Assembly: GCA_043812655.1 (NCBI GenBank)
Contig: JBDRLW010000004.1
Coordinates: 1 to 43,307 of the forward strand
Length of the DNA stretch: 43,307 nucleotides
Reading direction: 5' to 3'
Source: a bacterium
GTDB taxonomy: Bacteria; Margulisbacteria; WOR-1; O2-12-FULL-45-9; XYB2-FULL-48-7
The notes under the pieces were generated by a model. That model searched no databases. It was not told the origin of the DNA and saw only the letters and a program-made list of their open reading frames with translations. The translations under genes and the position numbers were made by a program. How positions within the stretch are numbered: the first letter of the stretch is position 1; each line of letters begins with the position of its first letter. This document shows, in pieces, positions 10,740 to 20,048 of the stretch.

Positions 10740-11786
10740 TTAAGCGGCCTCAACAATTTCTCTAATTTTGTCGCTAATCACTCTTTTATCAGCATTGAAA
10801 TAATCAGGGCTGGTAGCAATGATCGTAAGAGGAGAGATCCTCGCAGCCTCTCTTATAACAGCGTCAATCGTTTTGCTGTCAACCTTTATATCTTCTGGCA
10901 AGATTTCGCAATATTGGGCATATTGATAGGCTAACAAATCCAGATCATAGCTCATTACAGTCCCTTTTCCTTCATTTTTAACTCTCTGCATCTCATTAAT
11001 AACTTCACTGATCGTTCGGGAATTACGCAAGCCTGGCTTTCGCGAGTTTAAATATTTGGTTAAAATATAATAAACATCCTCTTCGCGCATTAACCCGGCA
11101 GTTTTGCAGGCAAACATCAGCCACTGGTTAATTTCTAAATTTGTTTGCGTTAATTTTGCCACCTCCGTCACGCCCATTTCTATCCCGCCTGGTTTAACCA
11201 ATTCTTTATGAAGCAGATCATTAAAGATGCTATCCGTGTGCTGGTCAAAATTAAAAAGCGCTAGTTCATTAATAAACCCTATTCCTTTGGCCAGCGCCAG
11301 GGCATAAGCGGCATAGGTATGGTCATCCGCCACAAATATTAATTTATTCTTTTTAACGATCAACAAAAAGCATTTTAAATAATGGAGGTCGATAGATACT
11401 GATCCTGGATCAACCACAAAAAATGAATCGCGCGATTGGCGGTAAAGCGCTTCCCTGTAACTGTCCGATTCTTCCGAAGAGATACTGACCGGATAGAAAG
11501 ATAAATGATCGCCCAATTCTTCCGGCTTTATTACCACTAGCGGCGGGACCATTTGTCCTAGATGAGTAAAATCAATTTTTTTCCTTTTGGTTGCAACCGC
11601 AGGAAAATGGCTAACTAACAATCGGCCATCAACCCCTATCAGCTGTGAACACAGTTTATCAGCAACTTTTTCCCCCAGCGCAGAAACAAGATAATTATGG
11701 TCCAGCCTACCAGAACCGGATAAGGATCTAGTTGATGGTACCACCGAAGGAGAACAAGCAGGACGCAACAAATTTATAATCGACAT
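10740..11786 (-). CDS. Hypothetical protein, UPF0489/arginase-deacetylase-like metal-binding fold
   Basis: Motifs DDH, NFDQHTD, SYDLD and IATSP.YF; GGGAG RBS. Confidence 0.55.
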   Translation of the reverse strand: MSIINLLRPACSPSVVPSTRSLSGSGRLDHNYLVSALGEKVADKLCSQLIGVDGRLLVSHFPAVATKRKKIDFTHLGQMVPPLVVIKPEELGDHLSFYPVSISSEESDSYREALYRQSRDSFFVVDPGSVSIDLHYLKCFLLIVKKNKLIFVADDHTYAAYALALAKGIGFINELALFNFDQHTDSIFNDLLHKELVKPGGIEMGVTEVAKLTQTNLEINQWLMFACKTAGLMREEDVYYILTKYLNSRKPGLRNSRTISEVINEMQRVKNEGKGTVMSYDLDLLAYQYAQYCEILPEDIKVDSKTIDAVIREAARISPLTIIATSPDYFNADKRVISDKIREIVEAA

Positions 11787-11875
11787 ATTATCTCCCTGGT
11801 ATTTCTTCTTCTGTAAAAATGTAAAATTTCACCCTATTCTAGGCAATTATCAAGTGTTATAATGCCTTTGAATTT

Positions 11876-13600
11876 ATGGAAAACTCCGAATTTGCGAAAG
11901 TCTTCCGGGAAATCGCCGAGCTCCTCGAATTAAAGAACGAGAATCGCTTTAAGATCAGAGCATATCAGAAAGCGGCCCAAAACATTGAATCACTCTCCCA
12001 TAATTTGACCGAGATCTATAAATCCGGCGGCATTGCCGCTTTAAAAGAGATCCCCGGCATCGGCGAAGCGATAGCCGAACACATTGAAGAAATAATAAAA
12101 ACCGGTAAAGTTAAAAAATACCAGGAATTACTTAAAAAGTTTCCCAAAGGTTTCCTTGATCTGATCAATACGCCAGGGCTGGGACCCAAAACTACCCTCC
12201 TCCTCTATAAAAAGCTAAAAATTGATTCCCTAGCCAAACTAGAAAAAGCGGCCAAAGCTGGCAAGATCAAAAACATTCCTGGCTTAGGAGCCAAGAAAGA
12301 AGAAAACATCTTAAAAGGGATCGCTCTCAAAAAAAAACACCAAGGCCGATTTTTAATTGATGAAGCAACCGAAGTGGCAGATTCGATCATTAATTCACTT
12401 TCAAAACTAAAAGAAGTCAAAACCATCCTCCCCTGCGGCAGTTTACGGCGCGGGCAAGAGACGATCGGCGATATTGATATCCTTGTCACCTCGCTCAACC
12501 CCAAACCGATCATGGAGGCCTTCACGAAACTCCCGCTAGTAAAACAAATCTTGGCCAAAGGTGAGACCAAATCTTCGGTCGTTTTAAAAAATGGGATGCA
12601 GGCCGATGTCCGCGTCGTTGAACCAAAAAGCTTTGGCGCCGCCGCCCATTATTTTACCGGTTCCAAGGGACACAATATCCATCTCCGCCAACTCGCCCAA
12701 AAGAAAGGCTGGAAAGTCTCAGAGTATGGGATATTTAAAGGAGAAAAACAAATTGGGGGAAAAAAAGAAGAAGAGATGTTCTCCCTTTTTGACCTGCAAT
12801 ATATTCCGCCGGAACTCCGGGAGATGCGGGGAGAATATGAAGCGGCGGAAAAAGGGACTATTCCCCACTTAGTTGAGCTAAATGATATTAAAGGCGACTT
12901 GCACTGTCACACCACAGCCACTGACGGGCATAATAGTATTGAAGAAATGGCCAAAGCGGCACAAGCTCTAGGCTACGAATATCTTTTAATAACTGACCAT
13001 ACCCTTTCTACCCGCGTGGCCCACGGCTTAAAAGAAAATGAAGCGTTATCTCATTTACAGGAGATCCGCACTGTTGCTAAAAAGCTTGGGGGGATCAAAG
13101 TTTTAGCCGGCACGGAAGTCGATATTTTGCCTTCCGGAAAATTAGATTATCCCGATAATTTATTAAAAGAACTTGATCTAGTGGTCGCGGCCATCCACTC
13201 CAGCTTTAAAATGCCGAAAGAGAAAATGACCAAAAGAATTATCGAAGCTTTTAAGAATAAATATGTTCATATTTTCGCCCACCCCACTGGCAGACTTATC
13301 GGCGAACGCGAACCTTATGCCGTCGACATGGAACAGGTCCTGCAGGCAGCCAAGAAATATAATGTGGCGATCGAGATCAACGCCCAGCCCAAAAGGCTCG
13401 ATCTAACCGATGTTTACTGCCAGCGGGCTAAGGAACTAGGAATTAAAATGGTAATCTCGACCGATGCCCATTCCACCGACCAATTAAGCTTAATGAAATA
13501 TGGCGTCTTAACCGCTCGTAGAGGCTGGCTGGAAAAGAAAAACGTCTTAAACACTCTCCCGCTTGAAAAACTCTTAAAACTCCTGTACTCTAAACCTTAA
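11876..13600 (+). CDS. polX: DNA polymerase X / PHP 3'-5' exonuclease
   Basis: HhH IPGIG, CGSLRRG.ETIGDIDIL, FTGSK.HN, IPPELRE; PHP motifs GDLHCHT, ITDH, AHPTGR, STDAH. Confidence 0.96.
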   Translation: MENSEFAKVFREIAELLELKNENRFKIRAYQKAAQNIESLSHNLTEIYKSGGIAALKEIPGIGEAIAEHIEEIIKTGKVKKYQELLKKFPKGFLDLINTPGLGPKTTLLLYKKLKIDSLAKLEKAAKAGKIKNIPGLGAKKEENILKGIALKKKHQGRFLIDEATEVADSIINSLSKLKEVKTILPCGSLRRGQETIGDIDILVTSLNPKPIMEAFTKLPLVKQILAKGETKSSVVLKNGMQADVRVVEPKSFGAAAHYFTGSKGHNIHLRQLAQKKGWKVSEYGIFKGEKQIGGKKEEEMFSLFDLQYIPPELREMRGEYEAAEKGTIPHLVELNDIKGDLHCHTTATDGHNSIEEMAKAAQALGYEYLLITDHTLSTRVAHGLKENEALSHLQEIRTVAKKLGGIKVLAGTEVDILPSGKLDYPDNLLKELDLVVAAIHSSFKMPKEKMTKRIIEAFKNKYVHIFAHPTGRLIGEREPYAVDMEQVLQAAKKYNVAIEINAQPKRLDLTDVYCQRAKELGIKMVISTDAHSTDQLSLMKYGVLTARRGWLEKKNVLNTLPLEKLLKLLYSKP

Positions 13601-13601
13601 G

Positions 13602-14042
13602 ATGAGAGCTACGCTTTTTTCCGACGGTGCCGCCAGAGGGAATCCGGGTTCAGCCGGGATCGGCCTGGTCATAAAAAACGGGGCAGAAGTTTTATTTGAA
13701 GGTTCCGCTTATATTGGTAAAACCACCAATAATATCGCCGAATATAAAGCCTTGATCCGCGGGCTGGAAGAAGCGCTCCTTTTAGGCGTTAAAGAAATTA
13801 ACTGTTTTGCCGATTCAGAACTTTTGGTCAAGCAGATCAAGGGAGAATACCGGGTAAAAAATGATGGGCTGATACCACTTTTTAACCAATTAAAAACTTT
13901 AATTCGCCGTTTTCAGGATTTTTCGATCACCCATATCACTCGGGACAAAAATAAACACGCCGATGACCTCGCTAACCGCGGCATAGATGAGTATCATTTA
14001 TCAGCAGCTAACAAGCTTATAAATTCTCATCCAGCCAGTTAA
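13602..14042 (+). CDS. rnhA: Ribonuclease HI
   Basis: SDGAARGNPG, TNNIAEY.ALI.GLE, DSELLVKQ, N.HADDLAN. Confidence 0.92.
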   Translation: MRATLFSDGAARGNPGSAGIGLVIKNGAEVLFEGSAYIGKTTNNIAEYKALIRGLEEALLLGVKEINCFADSELLVKQIKGEYRVKNDGLIPLFNQLKTLIRRFQDFSITHITRDKNKHADDLANRGIDEYHLSAANKLINSHPAS

Positions 14043-15279
14043 AGATCTTTTCATTAGAGATCATCAAAGCGCCCAGCTGACAATGTTCTTCCGCCCCTTC
14101 ATCGCGGGTGAACAGCAGGTAGTCTTTCTGGCCTTTTAGGGCTTTAAATAATTTGATCGCTTGTCCCGGCATATCTTTATCATCCTGCGAATCAACAACC
14201 AGCATCTTGCATTTAATTTTGCCAACCACATCTTTTAAGGTATAAGGCCGGGTAGCTTTAATAAAGGCAGTCGGACTTTTAACCCCAAAAACCCACATGC
14301 CATTACCGATCGCCCAGCGCAGTCCGGGCTTGATCTTCATCTCTTGGTAAAGATCCACGTCCAGCTGTTCTTCGGCCCGCGGATCATCAAGCATCGATTC
14401 AAAATCTTTTGGACCATTTTTGACCATGTTCTCATGGAAGTTATAAACGCCGCCGTTAGCCACGCACACTTTGATCCGATGTTCAAAAGCAACCGCTCGC
14501 GGCGCGAGGTAGCCGCCAAAGCTGATCCCCATCAGACCGATCCGTCCGGTATCAACTTCTTTTAGTCCCAGCGCAAAATCAACGACCGGAGTGACCACTT
14601 TTTCCCAATCATAGCGGAAAGGGAGTCCCTGCTCGCGGATGACCGCCCCCTGCCCCGGGCCTTCAAAAGCTAAAATATTGTAGCCCCTTTTTAAGGCGGC
14701 GAAGCCAACTTGCGAGATCAACTCCTCGCCAGTCCCGTCAAAACCGGTCTGGATCATCAAGAGCGGCCTTTTTTTGCCGGAATTATCGACCAATCCCAAG
14801 TAACCTGGTAAATTAGTTTTTTCATAAGGGATCTTAACCGCTTTAATGATCGGGGTATCCATCAACTTGATCGCTTTTAAGAAAAGGTCCCGGCTTTTCC
14901 CCCAGGTTTTCATGATCCGCGGGTCTTTAGGATTGGTGTGCAGAAAAAATTCGGCGGAGCGGTAATAATTAGAAGCGCGCAGATAAGCTTCACTGGCGCT
15001 GAGCTTATGCCCCTGCGCCGCGAATTTGTCGCCAAAGCTCTCTACTTGTTTTGCCGTTTTATACCATTCATCGTACCAGCTGTTATCATCACCCTCTTTG
15101 ATCCGGTAGGCGGTCTTAAGGCATTCGCCTATATCAGAGGCCCCAACCGGCGCCGCTCCCAGCGCGCGCAGCAGCTGGAAAGAATATTGCTGGTCTTTAA
15201 ATATAATATTTACCGCTTCACTGCTATTAGCCAGGAAGATACAAGACAAAAGCAAGCCAACAACCAATATGTTTTTCAT
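14017..15279 (-). CDS. Secreted alpha/beta hydrolase (FrsA / dihydroxypseudooxynicotine hydrolase-like)
   Basis: Signal peptide MKNILVVGLLL..SEA, YLRASNYY, GFDGTGEE, EGPGQG, GISFGG, EHCQ; AAGGAG and TGTTATAAT upstream of ATG 15279. Confidence 0.85.
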   Translation of the reverse strand: MKNILVVGLLLSCIFLANSSEAVNIIFKDQQYSFQLLRALGAAPVGASDIGECLKTAYRIKEGDDNSWYDEWYKTAKQVESFGDKFAAQGHKLSASEAYLRASNYYRSAEFFLHTNPKDPRIMKTWGKSRDLFLKAIKLMDTPIIKAVKIPYEKTNLPGYLGLVDNSGKKRPLLMIQTGFDGTGEELISQVGFAALKRGYNILAFEGPGQGAVIREQGLPFRYDWEKVVTPVVDFALGLKEVDTGRIGLMGISFGGYLAPRAVAFEHRIKVCVANGGVYNFHENMVKNGPKDFESMLDDPRAEEQLDVDLYQEMKIKPGLRWAIGNGMWVFGVKSPTAFIKATRPYTLKDVVGKIKCKMLVVDSQDDKDMPGQAIKLFKALKGQKDYLLFTRDEGAEEHCQLGALMISNEKIFNWLDENL

Positions 15280-15328
15280 TTTGTTCTCCTTTTGGCCGTT
15301 ATTATAACATGTAGGGGAATATAAAGAT

Positions 15329-15357
15329 TTGACAGAATGATCTGGCAGTGGCAAAAT
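15329..15357 (+). promoter_or_regulatory. sigma70 promoter
   Basis: TTGACA-N17-CAAAAT with extended -10 TG, upstream of AAGGAG and ATG 15380. Confidence 0.6.
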
Positions 15358-15379
15358 ACTATTTAAGGAAGGAGATAAT

Positions 15380-15931
15380 ATGAAGAAAATATTAAAATTG
15401 ATCTTGATCGCTATCGCTATAACCGCGGTTTTGGTTTTTGCCTTTTTAGCTTATATGGGAATGATCTTCCCGCTTAAAAGTTATGAGACCCAAATGGGCC
15501 CCTACACTTTGGTTTACGAAAGTTTTGTCGGCCCTTACGCTCAAACCGGCCCGGTCTTTGATAAAGTCTACAAAGCATTAAAAGCGGAAGGGATAGAAAC
15601 TACGCTCGGCCTGGGGATCTATTATGACGAACCCGGCAAAGTACCAGCGGATAAATTGCGGAGTGATTGCGGTGTGGTCGTTGAAAAAAAAGACCTGGCC
15701 AAGCTTTACCGGGTCCAAAGAAAATTCAATGTCAAACGACTGCGCCAAAGAAAAAGCATTGTAGTTGAGTTCCCGCTTCGCAATATGCTCTCATACATGC
15801 TGGGGCCGATGAGAGGTTATCCAGCTTTAATTAAACACGCTGAACAAAATGGCTATAGGCCAAGATTGGCCTATGAACTCTATGATGAGAAACAAAAAAA
15901 GATCTTCTTTGTGATGAGGATCGTAAAATAA
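15380..15931 (+). CDS. Membrane-anchored GyrI-like domain protein
   Basis: N-terminal TM; GPYAQTG, GIYYDEP..V...LRSDCG, YELYD. Confidence 0.75.
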   Translation: MKKILKLILIAIAITAVLVFAFLAYMGMIFPLKSYETQMGPYTLVYESFVGPYAQTGPVFDKVYKALKAEGIETTLGLGIYYDEPGKVPADKLRSDCGVVVEKKDLAKLYRVQRKFNVKRLRQRKSIVVEFPLRNMLSYMLGPMRGYPALIKHAEQNGYRPRLAYELYDEKQKKIFFVMRIVK

Positions 15932-15941
15932 TAATCTTATA

Positions 15942-16874
15942 TTATTTTAGATACTGATCAAAAAACTTTACGGTCCGCCTCATCGCTGCCGGCCAGGCCC
16001 GGCCAAATTCGTGGCGTTCACCGGGATATTCGTCTAAAGCCACTTTTTTCTTCTTATATTTCAACGCTTGTTTTAATTTTTCCGACCAGGTAATTGGCAC
16101 CGATTCGTCCGCAGTCCCGTGTTCGATCAAGATCGGCGCTTTGATATGATCTAGATAAGTTAGAGCTGAAAGCCCGTCCCAAAACTTGGGGTTAGCTTCG
16201 GGCGAACCATATTTCGCGATGATCTTTTCCGCCACTTCGGGATGGTGCTTGCGACGCCAAAGCCATCTGGAAAAATTATCGCGGTAATCGGCGCTGACCG
16301 GCGCGAAGAGGACGGCCGCTCGCGCCAGCTCCGGCTTAACCACCAAAATATTCAACACCACTCCCCCGCCCATCGAATGACCCATCAGCCCAATTTTTTC
16401 TTTATCAAAATATTTCAACTGACTGTTCTTGACCGCCATGATCGCGTTGATCGCGTCGATCACGTATCCTAAACGGAAACCGGCCAGGTCGTCGGGATCT
16501 TTACTGGAAAACGCATGGTTACGATAATCGGGATGGATGACAATATAACCGCGGCGCGCCAGATAATCTTGTTCCCGCTTTAAGCCTCGGCCGTTAGTAT
16601 AGATTTTAGGATTAATATAACCGTGATTAAGGATCAAGACCGGAAAGGGCCCCTTCCCGACCGGAACATTCATGATCCCGGAGATCGTTAAGTCATCGCT
16701 TTTATAGGCGATCTGGTAACGGGTGTAAGCTTTATTTTTGGCCAGGACCTTTTTCAAGACCAAGTCACGCCCATTATACTCGCGTTCCATTAAGCCAGTT
16801 AATGATGGAACATCTTCAGCAAAACCGGGATGAGCCATAATGAGCAAAGAAAAAATAATGATTATATTTCTCAT
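15942..16874 (-). CDS. Secreted S9-like peptidase / alpha-beta hydrolase
   Basis: Signal peptide; FPVLILNHG, GHSMGG, HGTADESVP, GERHEF. Confidence 0.88.
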   Translation of the reverse strand: MRNIIIIFSLLIMAHPGFAEDVPSLTGLMEREYNGRDLVLKKVLAKNKAYTRYQIAYKSDDLTISGIMNVPVGKGPFPVLILNHGYINPKIYTNGRGLKREQDYLARRGYIVIHPDYRNHAFSSKDPDDLAGFRLGYVIDAINAIMAVKNSQLKYFDKEKIGLMGHSMGGGVVLNILVVKPELARAAVLFAPVSADYRDNFSRWLWRRKHHPEVAEKIIAKYGSPEANPKFWDGLSALTYLDHIKAPILIEHGTADESVPITWSEKLKQALKYKKKKVALDEYPGERHEFGRAWPAAMRRTVKFFDQYLK

Positions 16875-16892
16875 GCTATCTTAACCTGGCGC

Positions 16893-17504
16893 TTAAAGCC
16901 GTTTCGCTGGCACCGCAAAAGAAATGATCGGGATCAGCAGATAAGCCAGCGACGACCAGCCGGGGACAACAAAAGAAGCGATCACCGCCAAAAGAGCGAT
17001 GGCTGGAAAAACCAGGCCTTTCCGGGTAACCTTAGCAATATGTTCTTGGTTCTCTTCTGTTTCAATATAATTTTTCTTGAACGAATACCACCAATTAAAA
17101 GCCATCATTGAACTTAAGACAAGCATATTTAAATTAAAGAATATCTCCGCGACCATGTCATCGGGATAATCGTTCATCAGGCTGGTGGAAAAAGGGGTCA
17201 GCACTACGAATAACAGGATAAAAATATTCAACCACAAGATCAGCGAGTCAGTCTTCTTAATGTGATGGAACTGCTGGCTGTGGTTCATCCAAAACAAGGC
17301 TAAAAGGACAAAACTTAAAGCAAAGTTATAAAAGTTCCCATACTGGTCTAGAAGATAGCTGGCAACATTGATATGTTTCGCGCCGTCCGGCAAATTAATC
17401 GCCAAGACTAAAATAGTCATGGCAAAAGCAAAGATCCCGTCCGCCAGTGACTCCAGCCGCCGCGGTGTCATTCCGGTCGATCGGGAAAAGGCTGTTTCCT
17501 GCAT
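16893..17504 (-). CDS. TMEM175 family potassium channel (DUF1211)
   Basis: RLESLADGIFAFAMTILVL first helix, SF..LA.FW..H, PFST; about 6 TMs. Confidence 0.88.
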   Translation of the reverse strand: MQETAFSRSTGMTPRRLESLADGIFAFAMTILVLAINLPDGAKHINVASYLLDQYGNFYNFALSFVLLALFWMNHSQQFHHIKKTDSLILWLNIFILLFVVLTPFSTSLMNDYPDDMVAEIFFNLNMLVLSSMMAFNWWYSFKKNYIETEENQEHIAKVTRKGLVFPAIALLAVIASFVVPGWSSLAYLLIPIISFAVPAKRL

Positions 17505-17550
17505 GATAAGGTTATTTTATATTAATAACCGAAGAAAGCAAGCCTGATCA

Positions 17551-17559
17551 TGTTATAAT
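17551..17559 (+). promoter_or_regulatory. Extended -10 promoter of rnpB
   Basis: TGTTATAAT ending 7 nt before the P1 helix start. Confidence 0.7.
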
Positions 17560-17586
17560 TATTATTGGGCAGGCCGGGTGATATCG

Positions 17587-17666
17587 CCTCGACTCACTTC
17601 GTTCGCTCGGCGTAAAACCCTAACCAGGGGTTTATACCGAGCGAGGAGCGAAGCGACGAGTCGAGG
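17587..17666. repeat. REP-like palindromic element in rnpB P3
   Basis: cctcgactcacttcgttcgctcgg ... ccgagcgaggagcgaagcgacgagtcgagg. Confidence 0.85.
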
Positions 17667-17755
17667 TGAGGAAAGTCCGGACTCCAAAGAGCGGCGTGGT
17701 TGCTAACAGCAACTGAGGGCGACCTTAAGGAAAGTACAACAGAAAAGACACAGCC

Positions 17756-17842
17756 CCTCGGCTCACTTCGTTCACTCGGGGCAAGCCAGGCCAGATTATT
17801 AGTTGGCTTGCTCCGAGCGAGGAACGAAGTTCCGAGTCGAGG
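17756..17842. repeat. REP-like palindromic element in rnpB P12
   Basis: cctcggctcacttcgttcactcgg ... ccgagcgaggaacgaagttccgagtcgagg. Confidence 0.85.
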
Positions 17843-18056
17843 AGCAATGGTGAAAACGTGAGGTAAGAGCTCACGACGGAAATTAGGCTGGAGACAGCTA
17901 CGTTGTAAACCCCACGCGGAGCAAGACCAAATAGGATGAGAGGCTGCTCGCCTCGCTAGGAATCCGAGTAGGTCGCAATGAGGTCGTCAGCAATGGCGAT
18001 CCCAGATAGATTATCGCTTAACCAGAATCCGGCTTATGAGCCTGCCCTTTAATTTC

Positions 18057-19388
18057 CTACTGTGAACCGAACGGCTGAAGTTCGACCACCGCCGTCCCTC
18101 TGACCGGTTTGCCTCTTAGCGTCCCCGTAACCGTGGCTAAACCTTCATACTTGATGGTTTTATTCAAACCGATCGCTGTCATGTCGACCACGATCTCCTG
18201 GTCTTCGCGCACCATTTTAACGGTCAAGTCTGCCTGGCAATCCGGCGACTCCAGCCGAATACGGCGCTCCTGGACATACTGGTTGCCGGTCATCGGGCTG
18301 GTCCAAACACCCCCGCTGGATAAGGCTTCAATACCGATCTCGTCGATCTTCCACGAATGCACCGGCTTGCGCGCGGAGTTGCTGGTCCGTTCACTGCTGG
18401 TACTAAACAGGGTGGCGACCGGTAAGGTACCGGTCCCGCTTTTGATCTGGATGACCATGATCGCGGCGTCTTCTTCCGGCAGCATGATCGAGTAAAATTC
18501 CCACCACGCTTTGCCAATGAGGACATCTTGCGCTTCCTGGCCGTAGCTCTGCACAATATCATCCATCCACATCGTCCCGCTTGTGCCGCTGCTCAATAAA
18601 ACACCATTGCGCTTGATCCAGAAATTTTTAACATCCAAGAGCGGCAATGAATAGTAGAATGAGCCCTGGCCAGCCATTGAAGCCCCGGTGCTTTCCAGGT
18701 ATTTTTTAACCGAGTTGCCAAAAGACCGTTTGATGTCATACTGCTGCAGCCCGGTTAAATACTGGGGGAAAAAAGAGGCCGAGCCGTATCCTTGGTTCAC
18801 TGTCCCAAGCCGGTCGCACAATAATACCTCTGCCTCCAACGTGCCGCCCTGCAAAGCTGGAACATTCCCAGTCAGGAGATATTCCGCGCCAGCCTGCCCC
18901 ATCGTACCCGACACCAGGCTCATGGTCATCAACGGCTCTGTCTGCTTCGATGAATTCACTGTCACTTTCCAGGGATTGGATGTCACCACCACCCGCGGAT
19001 CCAAGTCCTCCAAAATAAAATCTCCGCCAAATACGTACCCCTCAAGGGATGGGCCGTTATAAGCAATTATGGCCGGGATCAACTGCCACCTTATCCCGCC
19101 CCACTCTTTCGCGATCCGCTGCATCGAAGAAATAAACATCCCGGGAGCTTCCGGCGACGCGCTATCCACCAAACTTCCAAAGAAAAACCAGCCGTCAAGA
19201 TCATACTCCAGATGCTCTTGCGACATGAACTCTGCCAGTTTTGCCGCGCTCTGCGTCTGCGGCAAATCGTTGCTTTGGGTAAAGTAGCAATTAACCCCGG
19301 CAGTCGGCTGTGGTTGGGGACCAGTACTGCAACCATTCTCGGCAACAATAAAATATAACAGCAAAACAATAAGGCTGAACCGTTTCAT
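18057..19388 (-). CDS. Exported protein, lipocalin-like / AttH-CrtC-like double beta-barrel
   Basis: Signal/lipobox-like N-terminus (ENGC); WFFFGSL, YYSLP.L, G.MWMD, W.SP.TGNQY, YEG...V.G...G..V.G...VEL. Confidence 0.6.
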   Translation of the reverse strand: MKRFSLIVLLLYFIVAENGCSTGPQPQPTAGVNCYFTQSNDLPQTQSAAKLAEFMSQEHLEYDLDGWFFFGSLVDSASPEAPGMFISSMQRIAKEWGGIRWQLIPAIIAYNGPSLEGYVFGGDFILEDLDPRVVVTSNPWKVTVNSSKQTEPLMTMSLVSGTMGQAGAEYLLTGNVPALQGGTLEAEVLLCDRLGTVNQGYGSASFFPQYLTGLQQYDIKRSFGNSVKKYLESTGASMAGQGSFYYSLPLLDVKNFWIKRNGVLLSSGTSGTMWMDDIVQSYGQEAQDVLIGKAWWEFYSIMLPEEDAAIMVIQIKSGTGTLPVATLFSTSSERTSNSARKPVHSWKIDEIGIEALSSGGVWTSPMTGNQYVQERRIRLESPDCQADLTVKMVREDQEIVVDMTAIGLNKTIKYEGLATVTGTLRGKPVRGTAVVELQPFGSQ

Positions 19389-19406
19389 CGTGTCCACTTT
19401 CTGGCG

Positions 19407-19934
19407 TTACAAATAATAATGCATGCCAAAAACAACCGCCGGCACTATGCTGGAATCAAAGACAGAAATGGTATTGTTGGTCACCCCGGCCGCTGAAAAT
19501 GACGAATATGTCAAAGGTGAAATATTTCCTTCAATCGATAAATTCGGGTAGATGAAAACTTCGGCGCCAAAGTTCAAGGAGACTGCTAGTAAGCCGGCAC
19601 CCGAGACCAGCGCTGGATTGCTGGTATACTGTAAGCCTATCCCCCAGTGCGGAATAATATTATCAATCGGCTCCAACATCACTTTTAAGGCCAGCGCAAC
19701 GGTGCCGGTATTAATGCTGACCCCACCTGAAGGTGTCCTTGTCGCATAAGACACCCCTATCTCTTCTTTCACTTTATCATTCAAATAGAACTGCAAAGTA
19801 GGCATGGTCGCCGCTCCGGTGGTGATCGTCAACCCTTGCAGACCAAAACCAAACCTGCCGGGGGGCATTTTTGCTAAAGCCGCGGCAGAAAAGGAAACCA
19901 ATACCAGGGCCACTATCAAAATCCTTGATCTCAT
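19407..19934 (-). CDS. Small outer-membrane beta-barrel protein
   Basis: Signal peptide ending ALA, alternating hydrophobic strands, C-terminal FGMHYYL; AAGGAGG RBS. Confidence 0.7.
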   Translation of the reverse strand: MRSRILIVALVLVSFSAAALAKMPPGRFGFGLQGLTITTGAATMPTLQFYLNDKVKEEIGVSYATRTPSGGVSINTGTVALALKVMLEPIDNIIPHWGIGLQYTSNPALVSGAGLLAVSLNFGAEVFIYPNLSIEGNISPLTYSSFSAAGVTNNTISVFDSSIVPAVVFGMHYYL

Positions 19935-20048
19935 GATTTACCTCCTTAATTTTACTTTAGAGCCAATTTTATCCCTGCTTTAATATCTTTGCAACCAATA
20001 TTACTCAACAACATTTTTGCCATGCATATGATATAATCCCACCAAGAA

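Larger units (their letters stand above)
17567..18047 (+). ncRNA. rnpB: RNase P RNA (bacterial type A-like), with two palindromic insertions
   Basis: P1 gggcaggc/gcctgccc; GAGGAAAGTCCGG, GGAAAGTACAACAGAAA, GGTGAAA..GGTAAGAGC, GTAAACCCCAC..GGAGCAAG..CAAATAG, CAGAATCCGGCTTA. Confidence 0.95.

Noticed and set aside
14017..14042. 26-nt convergent overlap of rnhA and the hydrolase gene
   Set aside because: Short tail-to-tail overlaps are ordinary in compact genomes.
16893..17504. TMEM175 FSD motif changed to LAD
   Set aside because: Prokaryotic members vary here; significance cannot be judged without an alignment.
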